From a virus (Duplodnaviria; Caudoviricetes), in the IMG/VR virus record IMGVR_UViG_3300020221_000106, positions 1 to 26,872 of that record: a stretch of DNA of 26,872 nucleotides; one strand, given 5' to 3'. Made by a program: the position numbers and the translations under genes. Each line of letters opens with the position of its first letter. Positions within the stretch are counted from its first letter, which is position 1. Shown in pieces: positions 1 to 8,937 of the stretch. The notes under the pieces were generated by a model. That model was not told the origin of the DNA and searched no databases. It was given only the letters and a program-made list of their open reading frames with translations.

Positions 1-2
1 CA

Positions 3-1340
3 TTGCTAGGAGGACTTGCTACTGTATTTGGATTGAATCAAGGTGCTTTTGCTGCTGAAATAAATTCATCTGCGATGACTGAAAAACAAGGTGCCAAAGA
101 ATTATCTAGATTTTTTGCTAATTTCTTTAAAATTTTTGGATTTGATATCGGTGAAGATGAGGAGGAAGATGACGATGATGATGATGATAGAGGTTCTCCT
201 GGTGAATGGGGTCCACTTCTTGATTTAATTAAAAGCGTTGAAGCAAAAGCCCACAAATACGAAGCGGTAAATTATGGAAAGGGGTCAGGAGTTATTAAAG
301 GAATAACTAACATGACCATAACAGAAGCATATAAAGCTTCTGAAAAATATAGAGCACAATACGGAGGTTCTGGTGCTGTTGGACAGTATCAATTTATGAC
401 CCCAACGAAACAGGCAAAAGATGCAGGATTAAATCCAGACACTGATAAATTTAGTCCTGCAAATCAAGACAAAATGGCCATAGATCTTATTGAAAATAAG
501 AGAGGAGGAAAAGACTGGAAAGCAGGAAAACTAGATGACAATACTTTCATGAAAAATGTTGCTGCTGAGTGGAGAGGATTGCCAGCAGGTCCAGACGGCA
601 AAACATATCAAGATCAATATGCATCTAGAAATGCTGCACATGCGACGTGGGACAAATATAAAGAAGCGATACAAAAAATTAAAGGTGGCGGCGGCACAGG
701 AATGGCAAGAGGTGGTGTCAAACCATTTTCATTCTTAAATTCTGTTGATGGTATTTTTGAAATGTCTGGTCCTGATACTGGGTATAGAGTGCCAGAATAT
801 TTAACAGGCGGGGCACCAGTGATCGGGCATGGTTTGGAATGGTTGATTAAAATGTCAAACAAATTTATCATTCTCCCAGGAGTTAATAAAGAATATGATG
901 TATATAAAGATCCAGCAAAAGCATTTAATAGATACGAGCAAATAGGTAATCAGGGTGGAGTGGAAGTTGCTGGACTTATTGATGCAATGGATAGGTTGAT
1001 ATTCGGTGGACCTTCTGGTAAACCAGTAAGTTATCCATCATCATCACAGAAGCGTAGATACTATGCAGCAGATGAATCTGGAGCCGAAATACTTAGAATA
1101 CTTGGTGGCACTCCAATTAAAGGTGCCTCATTACCAGAAGGCAGCGTCACTCCAGTTGCCATACCTAAAGATACTGTAACTGGCACTACTGGCGGTGCTA
1201 TGGTTGCGATGGTACAACCAGTAATACAATATATTCCTGTGCCTGTTCCTGGTCCAGAGCGTGTTGAATATGTGCCAGCAAATTCATTTGTTGTCGCTCA
1301 AACTGGTAATCTAATGCGTTATCTTCAGTCTTTGTCCTAA
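3..1340 (+). CDS. Baseplate hub / tape-measure-like virion protein with lambda-R-like (GH104-type) lysozyme domain; 5' truncated by window edge
   Basis: The ORF is open from the window start. Motifs LLDLIKSVE..YEAVNYG..SGAVGQYQFM..FSPANQDKMAIDLI..EWRGLP (about 200-590) parallel lambda endolysin R (FLDMLAWSE..YDVIVGG..TAAGRYQLL..FSPKSQD..IWASLP). Putative catalytic Glu at 240-242. Lies in a tail/baseplate gene cluster. Confidence 0.75.
   Translation: MLGGLATVFGLNQGAFAAEINSSAMTEKQGAKELSRFFANFFKIFGFDIGEDEEEDDDDDDDRGSPGEWGPLLDLIKSVEAKAHKYEAVNYGKGSGVIKGITNMTITEAYKASEKYRAQYGGSGAVGQYQFMTPTKQAKDAGLNPDTDKFSPANQDKMAIDLIENKRGGKDWKAGKLDDNTFMKNVAAEWRGLPAGPDGKTYQDQYASRNAAHATWDKYKEAIQKIKGGGGTGMARGGVKPFSFLNSVDGIFEMSGPDTGYRVPEYLTGGAPVIGHGLEWLIKMSNKFIILPGVNKEYDVYKDPAKAFNRYEQIGNQGGVEVAGLIDAMDRLIFGGPSGKPVSYPSSSQKRRYYAADESGAEILRILGGTPIKGASLPEGSVTPVAIPKDTVTGTTGGAMVAMVQPVIQYIPVPVPGPERVEYVPANSFVVAQTGNLMRYLQSLS
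153..188 (+). repeat. Poly-acidic codon tract (EDEEEDDDDDDD; GAT-rich microsatellite)
   Basis: gaagatgaggaggaagatgacgatgatgatgatgat, directly before the lysozyme domain. Confidence 0.9.
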
Positions 1341-1343
1341 ATA
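1336..1343 (+). promoter_or_regulatory. Possible T4-like late promoter variant (CCTAAATA)
   Basis: TAAATA core overlaps the stop codon of ORF 3..1340, 20 nt before ATG 1364. The same arrangement occurs at 11733-11740. Confidence 0.5.
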
Positions 1344-1363
1344 TCAAAAGGTAGGTAGATAGA

Positions 1364-4333
1364 ATGGCAGCAGGAACATCCACACCACAAGAGGCAGGGC
1401 AAGGTCCATCAGTATTAAATATTGCTGCGTCTATTGGTGCGAAGATTCGTGATGCTGCAGAAGATGCTAAAGAGCAAAGAGAAAAAGCAGCTGAGAAGGG
1501 GGAGACACCTAAGAAAGGGTCGCTGTTTAAATCTTCATTAGCAAATCAATTCAACCCAATCAAATCTAAGAAAGCTAAATCAAATTGGGCAAAGCAATTT
1601 GATTGGAATAAAAAATCTGATAGTGACCAGCAAGTTAAACCACCTACGGGAGGTGATGGTGGAGGAGAGGGCAAAGCAAAACTAAAAGAGTTTATTGCTG
1701 GTGGATTCACTGCTATTCTAAAAGATACCAGTCTCATGGTATCAAAATTAGATGGCGTCAAGTCTTTGGCAGGAGAAAATTTAGGAGAAGTTACCAGAGC
1801 GTCAAGCACTTTAACTGTTATAAAAGATAGTATTGATGCACAAACTGAATTAAGAAGGAAAGCATTAGAAGAAGCTAAATTTGCCAGAGCAGAAAAGAAA
1901 TTAGAAAAAACTACAGATTCTGCTGGTGTTTCTGGACCCACTGAAGTTGATCCTGCAAATGATGCTGAGGGTGGTGGCGGAGGCGGAGGCGGCGGCGGTC
2001 TATTTGATATGTTATTGGGTGGATTGGAAGGTGTAGAAAGCTTTATGCAGATTCGCAATCTGCTTGGTGCTGGGAAAGGTGCTGGAAATGCAGCTGGTAT
2101 TGGTGGTGCTGGTGCAGCAGCAATTGTGGGTGGTGTTGGACTCGCTATGTCCGCTGGCGGCGAAGGCATGTTTCAGCTTGGTAAAATGGGCGACCAGTCA
2201 TTGAAAGATAGAAGAAAATCAATTGATGAGAAAAAAGCAAGGGGAGAAAATACTTTCTTAGATGAAGCACTTCAGGTTGGACAAACTGGAGTTGGTGAAA
2301 TAGGAAAAACACTTGGCGTTGCTATGGATGTGGGGGGAGCTCCATTTAGATATGCTATTGAAGCACTTAGAAATCCTTTCTTAAGTCCAGAACAAAAAGA
2401 AGAGCAAGCATATAATCTTGCTAAGATGGACACTCGTATTAGAGAACACTCTCGTGGGTGGATGAATCGTATTGATTTTATGAATGTTATTCCAGACCAA
2501 AAAGGTGGGTTTGGAAATATCTATGGCAATGAATCTGCTACGAAAGAAATGGCGGGCAAGATGTCTGAAGGTGGTATAGTTCCATCAGCAGTGCCACTGT
2601 CTAAGGGTGGACTAGCACCAGGACTATATGATAATCCAACCAAAGGAATGTTATCTCCTGGTCAAAGTGTTATACCATTGAATCGCAGTGAAGGCAAGGA
2701 AATGTTTGGTAAGTCAGCAGCAACCAATCCTGGTGACACTGCTATCGATACTGTTGGTGCTATGATTCTCGGTGTCTCTGCTGGGATGTTAGGTAAGACA
2801 GACAGCGGCACAGTTGGCGACCAAGTAAAACAAAACATCAGAAAAGCATCGAAAGAATTTGGTATCTCTAATCTAACATTCACTTCTGCTATTGGTAATG
2901 CACAGTTTGGTAAGGTTCAACCAGATAAAGACGCTAAGGATTTCATGACATCTCTATTTGATGGGATAAAAATTGCAGGTGGTAAAGGAAAAGGGGGAAG
3001 TGGAAAGAGCACAACTCCCCCTGGTTCTGGTAGTGTAGCATCTTCAGCAACAGCCGCTGTAGGACAAACAGCGCAACAAGCTGATGCAGACATGGATGCT
3101 GCAGATGCAGTGTTAACTAAAGCGGGAGTACCAAATGCAATCGTGGGCACTCCTGGCGTAGCGGGTGATAGTGTTTCACAACCTTGGTGTGCTCAATGGG
3201 TTGCCACACAGTTATCAAAATCCAATTACAAACCACCTAATTCCGCTTGGGCTGATGCCTATAGATCAGATAAAGCTAGTAAGTTGGCAGGTACACCAGC
3301 ATGGGGAACAAAAGTTGACGCAAAAGATGCCCAACCCGATGATGTTATTGTATTTGATTATGATAATAATGATGAAGCGAATCATGTTGCAATTGTAACC
3401 AAAAATGAAAATGGAATCATAACTTATGTTGGCGGAAATCAAGGTGGCACAAGAAATTCCCTAACAAATAAAGTAACAGAAAATACTATTCCTGTTGGTC
3501 ATAAAGATATAATGATGATATCAAGACCAACAGAGTTGTTAAGTACTCCACCAACTCCCGCTATATCATCTTCAAGAGGAGCAGCTGCCGTTGCCCCTGC
3601 GGTTGCTGCATTACCAGATCCAAGTGTCCAACGAGTTGCTCAACGTGGAATGATAAGTAAAGCACAATCTGGAATGACTGGTAAAAAAGAGCCAGAATGG
3701 TGGAATATAAAAGCAAGAGTTGATAGTTGGTTAAATAATGCTAGGGACAATGCAACAATAAATGGTAATAAATTTGGTGGTAATAGATACCGAGAACAGA
3801 TGGAAGGGCTGGGAATGGCGAGTGGTGGTACATCCAGTCGCCAGCGACAAAATCAGGAAAATACCAGGAAAGCAAGGCAAGCAGCAGCCAAACGAAAAGC
3901 AGATGCAGCAGCAGCACAACGATCAAGATTGGGTGTGCAAAAAGTGGATGGTAGATGGGTTAATATGGGTGTAAGTGATCAAGCAGTTGGCAGTAATCCA
4001 TGGTGGCGAGTTTGGGGTAAGAAGGAAGCAACAGCAGAAAGAAAAGCAAAGCAAGAAGCACTAGCAAAAAATCTTGCAGCGAGGTTAAATAAAGAACAAG
4101 GAATCAAACCTTACAAACCAAAACCAGCTCCACGAAAACCACCAGAAACTGGCGGGGGCACCAGACCACGAGCAGATTCATCTTCTAGTTCTTCTAGCAC
4201 CGCAGTTGTAATGCCACCTGCTCAACCATCAGGAGCATCTGCTACTGCTGAAGGATCATTTGGATCTGCTATTCCATCAGCAAAAACCAGTGCTATGATA
4301 TTTGCTGACTTTTTATATCCAGACTTAGTGTAA
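1364..4333 (+). CDS. Baseplate hub / tape-measure-like virion protein with CHAP/NlpC-P60-like peptidoglycan amidase domain
   Basis: 989 aa, Ala/Gly/Lys-rich with helical and low-complexity stretches. Catalytic-type motifs QPWCAQWV (Cys 3188-3190), AQPDDVIVF, NHVAIV (His 3383-3385) and YVGGNQ (GGNQ at 3431-3442) are typical of CHAP/TIGR02594-like domains. Confidence 0.75.
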   Translation: MAAGTSTPQEAGQGPSVLNIAASIGAKIRDAAEDAKEQREKAAEKGETPKKGSLFKSSLANQFNPIKSKKAKSNWAKQFDWNKKSDSDQQVKPPTGGDGGGEGKAKLKEFIAGGFTAILKDTSLMVSKLDGVKSLAGENLGEVTRASSTLTVIKDSIDAQTELRRKALEEAKFARAEKKLEKTTDSAGVSGPTEVDPANDAEGGGGGGGGGGLFDMLLGGLEGVESFMQIRNLLGAGKGAGNAAGIGGAGAAAIVGGVGLAMSAGGEGMFQLGKMGDQSLKDRRKSIDEKKARGENTFLDEALQVGQTGVGEIGKTLGVAMDVGGAPFRYAIEALRNPFLSPEQKEEQAYNLAKMDTRIREHSRGWMNRIDFMNVIPDQKGGFGNIYGNESATKEMAGKMSEGGIVPSAVPLSKGGLAPGLYDNPTKGMLSPGQSVIPLNRSEGKEMFGKSAATNPGDTAIDTVGAMILGVSAGMLGKTDSGTVGDQVKQNIRKASKEFGISNLTFTSAIGNAQFGKVQPDKDAKDFMTSLFDGIKIAGGKGKGGSGKSTTPPGSGSVASSATAAVGQTAQQADADMDAADAVLTKAGVPNAIVGTPGVAGDSVSQPWCAQWVATQLSKSNYKPPNSAWADAYRSDKASKLAGTPAWGTKVDAKDAQPDDVIVFDYDNNDEANHVAIVTKNENGIITYVGGNQGGTRNSLTNKVTENTIPVGHKDIMMISRPTELLSTPPTPAISSSRGAAAVAPAVAALPDPSVQRVAQRGMISKAQSGMTGKKEPEWWNIKARVDSWLNNARDNATINGNKFGGNRYREQMEGLGMASGGTSSRQRQNQENTRKARQAAAKRKADAAAAQRSRLGVQKVDGRWVNMGVSDQAVGSNPWWRVWGKKEATAERKAKQEALAKNLAARLNKEQGIKPYKPKPAPRKPPETGGGTRPRADSSSSSSSTAVVMPPAQPSGASATAEGSFGSAIPSAKTSAMIFADFLYPDLV
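1970..1999 (+). repeat. Poly-glycine linker (10 Gly codons)
   Basis: ggtggtggcggaggcggaggcggcggcggt. Confidence 0.9.
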
Positions 4334-4337
4334 AACA

Positions 4338-5750
4338 ATGGCGCAAAATTCCAGACAGTTTACAGTAGACTCTATAATTCTCACTTCAGTTGATAATAAA
4401 AGTTATGATATAACTTTAGTTGTATTAGAGTTTTCTATCTATGAAAGTATAAACAATCCTTATATATTAGGAGAGATTATTATAGAAGATACCACTGCAA
4501 ATCTTCTTGCTAATTTACCTATACAGGGCAGAGAAACTATTGATTTTAATATCAAAACAGAAACTTTTTCTACAAAAGTATACAAGTATTCTTTGTCTGT
4601 CTCTGGTATAGATGTAAGAACTATTTCTGGCAGGCAGCAAGTTTATAAATTAAATCTTATGAGTTATACTGGAATGGTAAATGAGGGAATAAGAATTTCT
4701 GGTGTATTGAGTGGATCTAACGATAAAATTGTTGGTGATATTTTAAAAGATATATTAAAGACAAACAAAAAATACGATGGTGAGATAGCACAGTTTGAAC
4801 AAAAATGGTTGCCAAGTTTAAAGAGACCGTTTGATTTCATTTATCAATTAGCACCTATTACAATTTCATCTGCAGCGACAGCATCTACTAAAGGCACATC
4901 AGAATCAAAGGCAAAAGCAACAGCTGATGGGAAAACTTCTTTGAATACAGAGAATCTTTCTAAGTTATCTGGCACAGCAGGTTATCTTTTCTTTGAAACG
5001 CATGACGCATATGTTTTTAAATCATTAGATAAGTTAGCATCTTCTGGTGATGGTAGTGATACTTATGGAGGTGACGGCACAAAATACACATACAAGTATG
5101 GTATAGTAAACACTGAAGGATCTGAAGCAGAGGCACCGCTAAAAATTTTAGAATATACTTTTGGAAATGAGATAGACATTCTGAAACAATTAAGACAAGG
5201 ACTATATTCCACTGTTTGTATATTCTTTGATGTTAATACATGTGAGTATGAAGAAAATATTTACAAGGTGGAAGATACTTATGCTCAAATGTCTCACTTA
5301 GGATCCGCTACTAAAATCCCATCAGGTCAAAAGAAATTAGCTGGTTATGCAACTCGTGTCATGACTCAAATGATTAATCATGAATTGTTTCATGATGATC
5401 CAGAATCTGCTGCAACTGATAAGGCTACCTATAAAGATGTTTATAAGTATTCTATTGCTCAATCAAATGCAAGATATAAATTAGCTTCAAATCAACAACT
5501 AAATATTGTAGTCCCACCGAATCTTACCATAAGGGCTGGTGATAAATTGGAATTGCTGTTTCCTAATATGACTGATGATAACAACAGAAAAACTAATCCT
5601 TATGATGAAGAACACAGCGGTAACTATTTAATAAAAAATATAGGATATAACTTTATTATGCGAGGTGCTCAACCCATGACTGGCACAACAAATATTACTC
5701 TTATAAGAGATTCTTTTGGAAGAAAAAATACAGCAAGTAAAATAAAATAG
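4338..5750 (+). CDS. Baseplate hub protein (T4 gp27-like / late control D-like fold)
   Basis: 470 aa. N-terminal SIYESINNPYILGEIIIEDT..LPIQGRE, central GYLFFETHDAYVFKSLD, and C-terminal LNIVVPPNLTIRAGD..SGNYLIKNI fit contractile-tail hub proteins. Located just upstream of the gp5-like gene. Confidence 0.65.
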   Translation: MAQNSRQFTVDSIILTSVDNKSYDITLVVLEFSIYESINNPYILGEIIIEDTTANLLANLPIQGRETIDFNIKTETFSTKVYKYSLSVSGIDVRTISGRQQVYKLNLMSYTGMVNEGIRISGVLSGSNDKIVGDILKDILKTNKKYDGEIAQFEQKWLPSLKRPFDFIYQLAPITISSAATASTKGTSESKAKATADGKTSLNTENLSKLSGTAGYLFFETHDAYVFKSLDKLASSGDGSDTYGGDGTKYTYKYGIVNTEGSEAEAPLKILEYTFGNEIDILKQLRQGLYSTVCIFFDVNTCEYEENIYKVEDTYAQMSHLGSATKIPSGQKKLAGYATRVMTQMINHELFHDDPESAATDKATYKDVYKYSIAQSNARYKLASNQQLNIVVPPNLTIRAGDKLELLFPNMTDDNNRKTNPYDEEHSGNYLIKNIGYNFIMRGAQPMTGTTNITLIRDSFGRKNTASKIK

Positions 5751-5751
5751 C

Positions 5752-5964
5752 ATGGAAAATATTAACAAACATATAGAGCACGATAAGAAAATTTTGGATG
5801 ATCCTTTGATATCTTCTCAGGCTAGACGCCATGTAGAAGATGAGTTAGGCTCACTGGAGAGATATCATGCTAGACATCCAGAAGATGAGCATGATCCAAC
5901 TTCATTAGAATTATTCTGTGACGATAATCCAGGCGCAGTAGAATGTAAGATTTATGATGATTGA
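5752..5964 (+). CDS. cp12: CP12 Calvin-cycle regulator (cyanophage-type auxiliary metabolic gene)
   Basis: 70 aa acidic protein ending DPTSLELFCDDNPGAVECKIYDD, the CP12 C-terminal C-x8-C loop with central Pro and YDD end. No N-terminal Cys pair, as in phage CP12s. Confidence 0.92.
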   Translation: MENINKHIEHDKKILDDPLISSQARRHVEDELGSLERYHARHPEDEHDPTSLELFCDDNPGAVECKIYDD

Positions 5965-5966
5965 TC

Positions 5967-8927
5967 ATGGCATTTGAAAGTTACGGTAACAGACCAACCA
6001 ACTTTGTAGGTAAAGATGGTTTCCGCTGGTGGGTGGGGCAAGTAGAAAAAAAAGATGATAACGTAAAAAATTCTAATCGTTATAAAGTTAGAATTGTTGG
6101 TCATCATCTTGCTGACTGTGAGAGTCAGAGCACCGATGCATTGCCATGGGCAAATACCGTAGCACCAACTACTAGTCCATTTAGTGCCAGCAGTGGTGTT
6201 ACTACTGGATTAGCCCATGGTGATTGGGTTATTGGATTCTATATGGATTCTGATATGGCACAACAACCATATATTCTTGGGAGTATTGGAGCAATTAGAA
6301 ATGCTAGGTCAGAGGACTCTCCCGCAATTTCAAAATTCTTACAGGCAAATCAAGAAGGATGCAGAGCATTTAAAAATTTTGCGCCTGGTCCTACTGCGGG
6401 GTCACCTTATGTTGTAGTGCCATTAAATAAAGCAGAGCTGACAGCAGCAGCAGCAGGTCAAGTAGCAGCTGCCGCAGCTCCTCCTGGCACTGCAACTAAT
6501 CCAGAGAAGGGTTTCGGTCAACCTCCAGCAGTGGCATATTTACAGTGTCCTGGTAGTGCAATGAATGAAGCTGCAATGAAATGCAGTATTATATCACAAG
6601 CAAACTGTCCTACTGGCAAGACAGCTTCAATGCTTGAGATAGTATTATCAGAAATGTTTAAAGCAATTTCTGAATCTGGAGGACAGGTTGGTAGTTATCT
6701 TACCAGTAAAGTAACTGGTTATGCACGCGATGCAGAATCATTTATCATGGGATATGTGAATAAGATAATGGCAATTATCTTCCAGGGTTACAGTTGGGTA
6801 AAAGGAAAATTATATAATCTAATACAACAAGGAGTGCAGTATTTAATTACTACACTATTAAGTTTAGTTTCTGATAAAGGTAAACCAAAAGATGCTAAAC
6901 CACCATATGATCCAAAAAAACCAGAAAAAATTCTTGATCAGATTCAAAAATTTTTGGAAGATGAATTAAAAAAAATTGGATGCACAATTGAGAGTTTATA
7001 TGATAAGATACTTGCTTTTCTAACAGATTTTCTTTTTGGTTTAGTAGATAAATTTTGGTCTGAAGCTCTTTGTGGAATTGAAGCAATGGTCAATTCTTTA
7101 ATGAATGCATTGCAAAATTTTATTAATGATGCAATCAATGCAATATTAGAACCACTACTTAGTATTCTTGATTCAGTTGCTGGTCCAATTAATGATATCT
7201 TTAGCACGATATCAGATATCATGAATTTCTTGGGTATTAATTGCACAGGACTACCAGCAGAGTGTAAGAAACCGATTCAAGACTGTGGAGAGGGTCCAAA
7301 AACTAAGGCAAAAGGACTTGCAGATGATTTAGATAAATTACTTGCTGCCATTTCTGCAGATACAATGCCATCTCCAGGAATTGCTTCTTGTGATGATGCA
7401 TTGAAACCAGTAACACCAGTAATAAATGTGGCAATTAGTGGCGGCACGCCTAAACCAACCCCCAAACCGAAACCTGATGATGGTGACGATGATGAAGACG
7501 CTGATGAAGACGATGATACTCCAACATTAAAGATTTTAATAGATCCTGTTAGTGCAGTAAAAAATGTTGGTGAATCTTACACATTCACTGTTGTGGCTGT
7601 AACATCAAATGGCAGTGCTATTAATTATCAATGGCAAAAATTAGATTCTACTTCACCCGTTGCTGAATCTAGTTGGAGTAATATTTCTGGGGCAAACTCA
7701 ACATCTTTTACAATTAGTTCTATTGTATTAACAGATGATAGTGATTCCTATCGTTGTGTTTGTAGCTCAAGCACAACCACTCCATCTTCAGTAACGTCTT
7801 TAGATGCATTTATTTACGTAAATCCAGTTAGTACTCCTCCTGTTGGATTGCCCGTTAATTATTTCCAAACAGGATATGGTAATTTGAATTTTACTTCCTC
7901 TCCTAATATTTCTACTCTGCTTTCTGGTATCTTGAGTGCAAAGTATGATAATGGTGGCACCACTAGTCCTAGCACACCAGTAATTAATATAACTGGTACA
8001 GCAATAGCAATTTATACACCAGTAAACACTCTGCCAATAGGATCCTCTGGTATTGAATATTTTCTTTCTGCCTCTCCTCTTTTAGTAAATCCAGGTGATA
8101 CTGTAACCCTGACATTAACCACAAAAAATGTTCCTAATGGCACTAGCGTGGATTATTATATTTTTGGACCTAATTTAAAACTCTCTGATGTATCAAATAA
8201 TAGTTTACTTGGTAATTTTGTAGTGTCAAACAATACAGCAAAATCTCTGATTACCTTCAGTGATCCAGTCAGCTTCTCTCAAACAGAATTAATTTTTGCT
8301 GCTTTAAAAAATGGAGGTGCTGCTACTCAATTTGCAGTTAATGGTAGTCCACAAAAGAAAATACCTCCTATAGTAAATCTTCCTCAAACTCCACCTATAG
8401 CATGTCCACCCGTTGTGTCATCCACTGGACAAATTATTAGCATACCAATTTGTAATCCTGGCACACCTTATCTTGCACCTCCAGCAATTTATATTCAAGG
8501 CAATGGTATTGGTTATGGTGCTTCAGCTGTAGCAGATTTAGATGACGATGGATTTGTACGACAAATTAGAGTTGTTCGTCCTGGTAGAGGTTACCCACCA
8601 AATCCACCCGAAGATTTAGATTGTATTGTAACAGGATTTACAATTATCAAACCAGGATTTGGATATGATGTGCCGCCTGCTGTATTTGTTGATGATGATG
8701 ATACAGTTGCAGAAGCAGTTATCACTAATGGTGTTGTCTCTGAAATAAAAATGATTGATAAATCAAAAACTTTTGCAGATAATCCACAAATTACAATTAT
8801 TTCTACGTCCCGAGGTATTGGTGCAGTTGCTATAGCAAACATCACTTGCTTAGATAAGCAAGATGTAAGGCAACTTGCTGAAATTGTTGGACCAACACCA
8901 GTTGGTGAATATATTGATTGCCCGTAG
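5967..8927 (+). CDS. gp5-like baseplate hub subunit (N-terminal OB-fold) with helical middle region, Ig-like domain and Gly/Pro beta-repeats; no lysozyme domain seen
   Basis: FVGKDGFRWWVGQVE..RYKVRIVGHH..LPWA..GDWVIGFYMD..QQPYILGSI is the T4 gp5 OB-fold signature. ATG at 5967 is preferred over the TTG at 5961, which overlaps the cp12 stop. Ig-like segment about 7527-7826 (INYQWQK..NISGANS..DSYRCVC). The C-terminus has PGxGY..PP repeats. Confidence 0.85.
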   Translation: MAFESYGNRPTNFVGKDGFRWWVGQVEKKDDNVKNSNRYKVRIVGHHLADCESQSTDALPWANTVAPTTSPFSASSGVTTGLAHGDWVIGFYMDSDMAQQPYILGSIGAIRNARSEDSPAISKFLQANQEGCRAFKNFAPGPTAGSPYVVVPLNKAELTAAAAGQVAAAAAPPGTATNPEKGFGQPPAVAYLQCPGSAMNEAAMKCSIISQANCPTGKTASMLEIVLSEMFKAISESGGQVGSYLTSKVTGYARDAESFIMGYVNKIMAIIFQGYSWVKGKLYNLIQQGVQYLITTLLSLVSDKGKPKDAKPPYDPKKPEKILDQIQKFLEDELKKIGCTIESLYDKILAFLTDFLFGLVDKFWSEALCGIEAMVNSLMNALQNFINDAINAILEPLLSILDSVAGPINDIFSTISDIMNFLGINCTGLPAECKKPIQDCGEGPKTKAKGLADDLDKLLAAISADTMPSPGIASCDDALKPVTPVINVAISGGTPKPTPKPKPDDGDDDEDADEDDDTPTLKILIDPVSAVKNVGESYTFTVVAVTSNGSAINYQWQKLDSTSPVAESSWSNISGANSTSFTISSIVLTDDSDSYRCVCSSSTTTPSSVTSLDAFIYVNPVSTPPVGLPVNYFQTGYGNLNFTSSPNISTLLSGILSAKYDNGGTTSPSTPVINITGTAIAIYTPVNTLPIGSSGIEYFLSASPLLVNPGDTVTLTLTTKNVPNGTSVDYYIFGPNLKLSDVSNNSLLGNFVVSNNTAKSLITFSDPVSFSQTELIFAALKNGGAATQFAVNGSPQKKIPPIVNLPQTPPIACPPVVSSTGQIISIPICNPGTPYLAPPAIYIQGNGIGYGASAVADLDDDGFVRQIRVVRPGRGYPPNPPEDLDCIVTGFTIIKPGFGYDVPPAVFVDDDDTVAEAVITNGVVSEIKMIDKSKTFADNPQITIISTSRGIGAVAIANITCLDKQDVRQLAEIVGPTPVGEYIDCP

Positions 8928-8937
8928 GAGAAAATAA

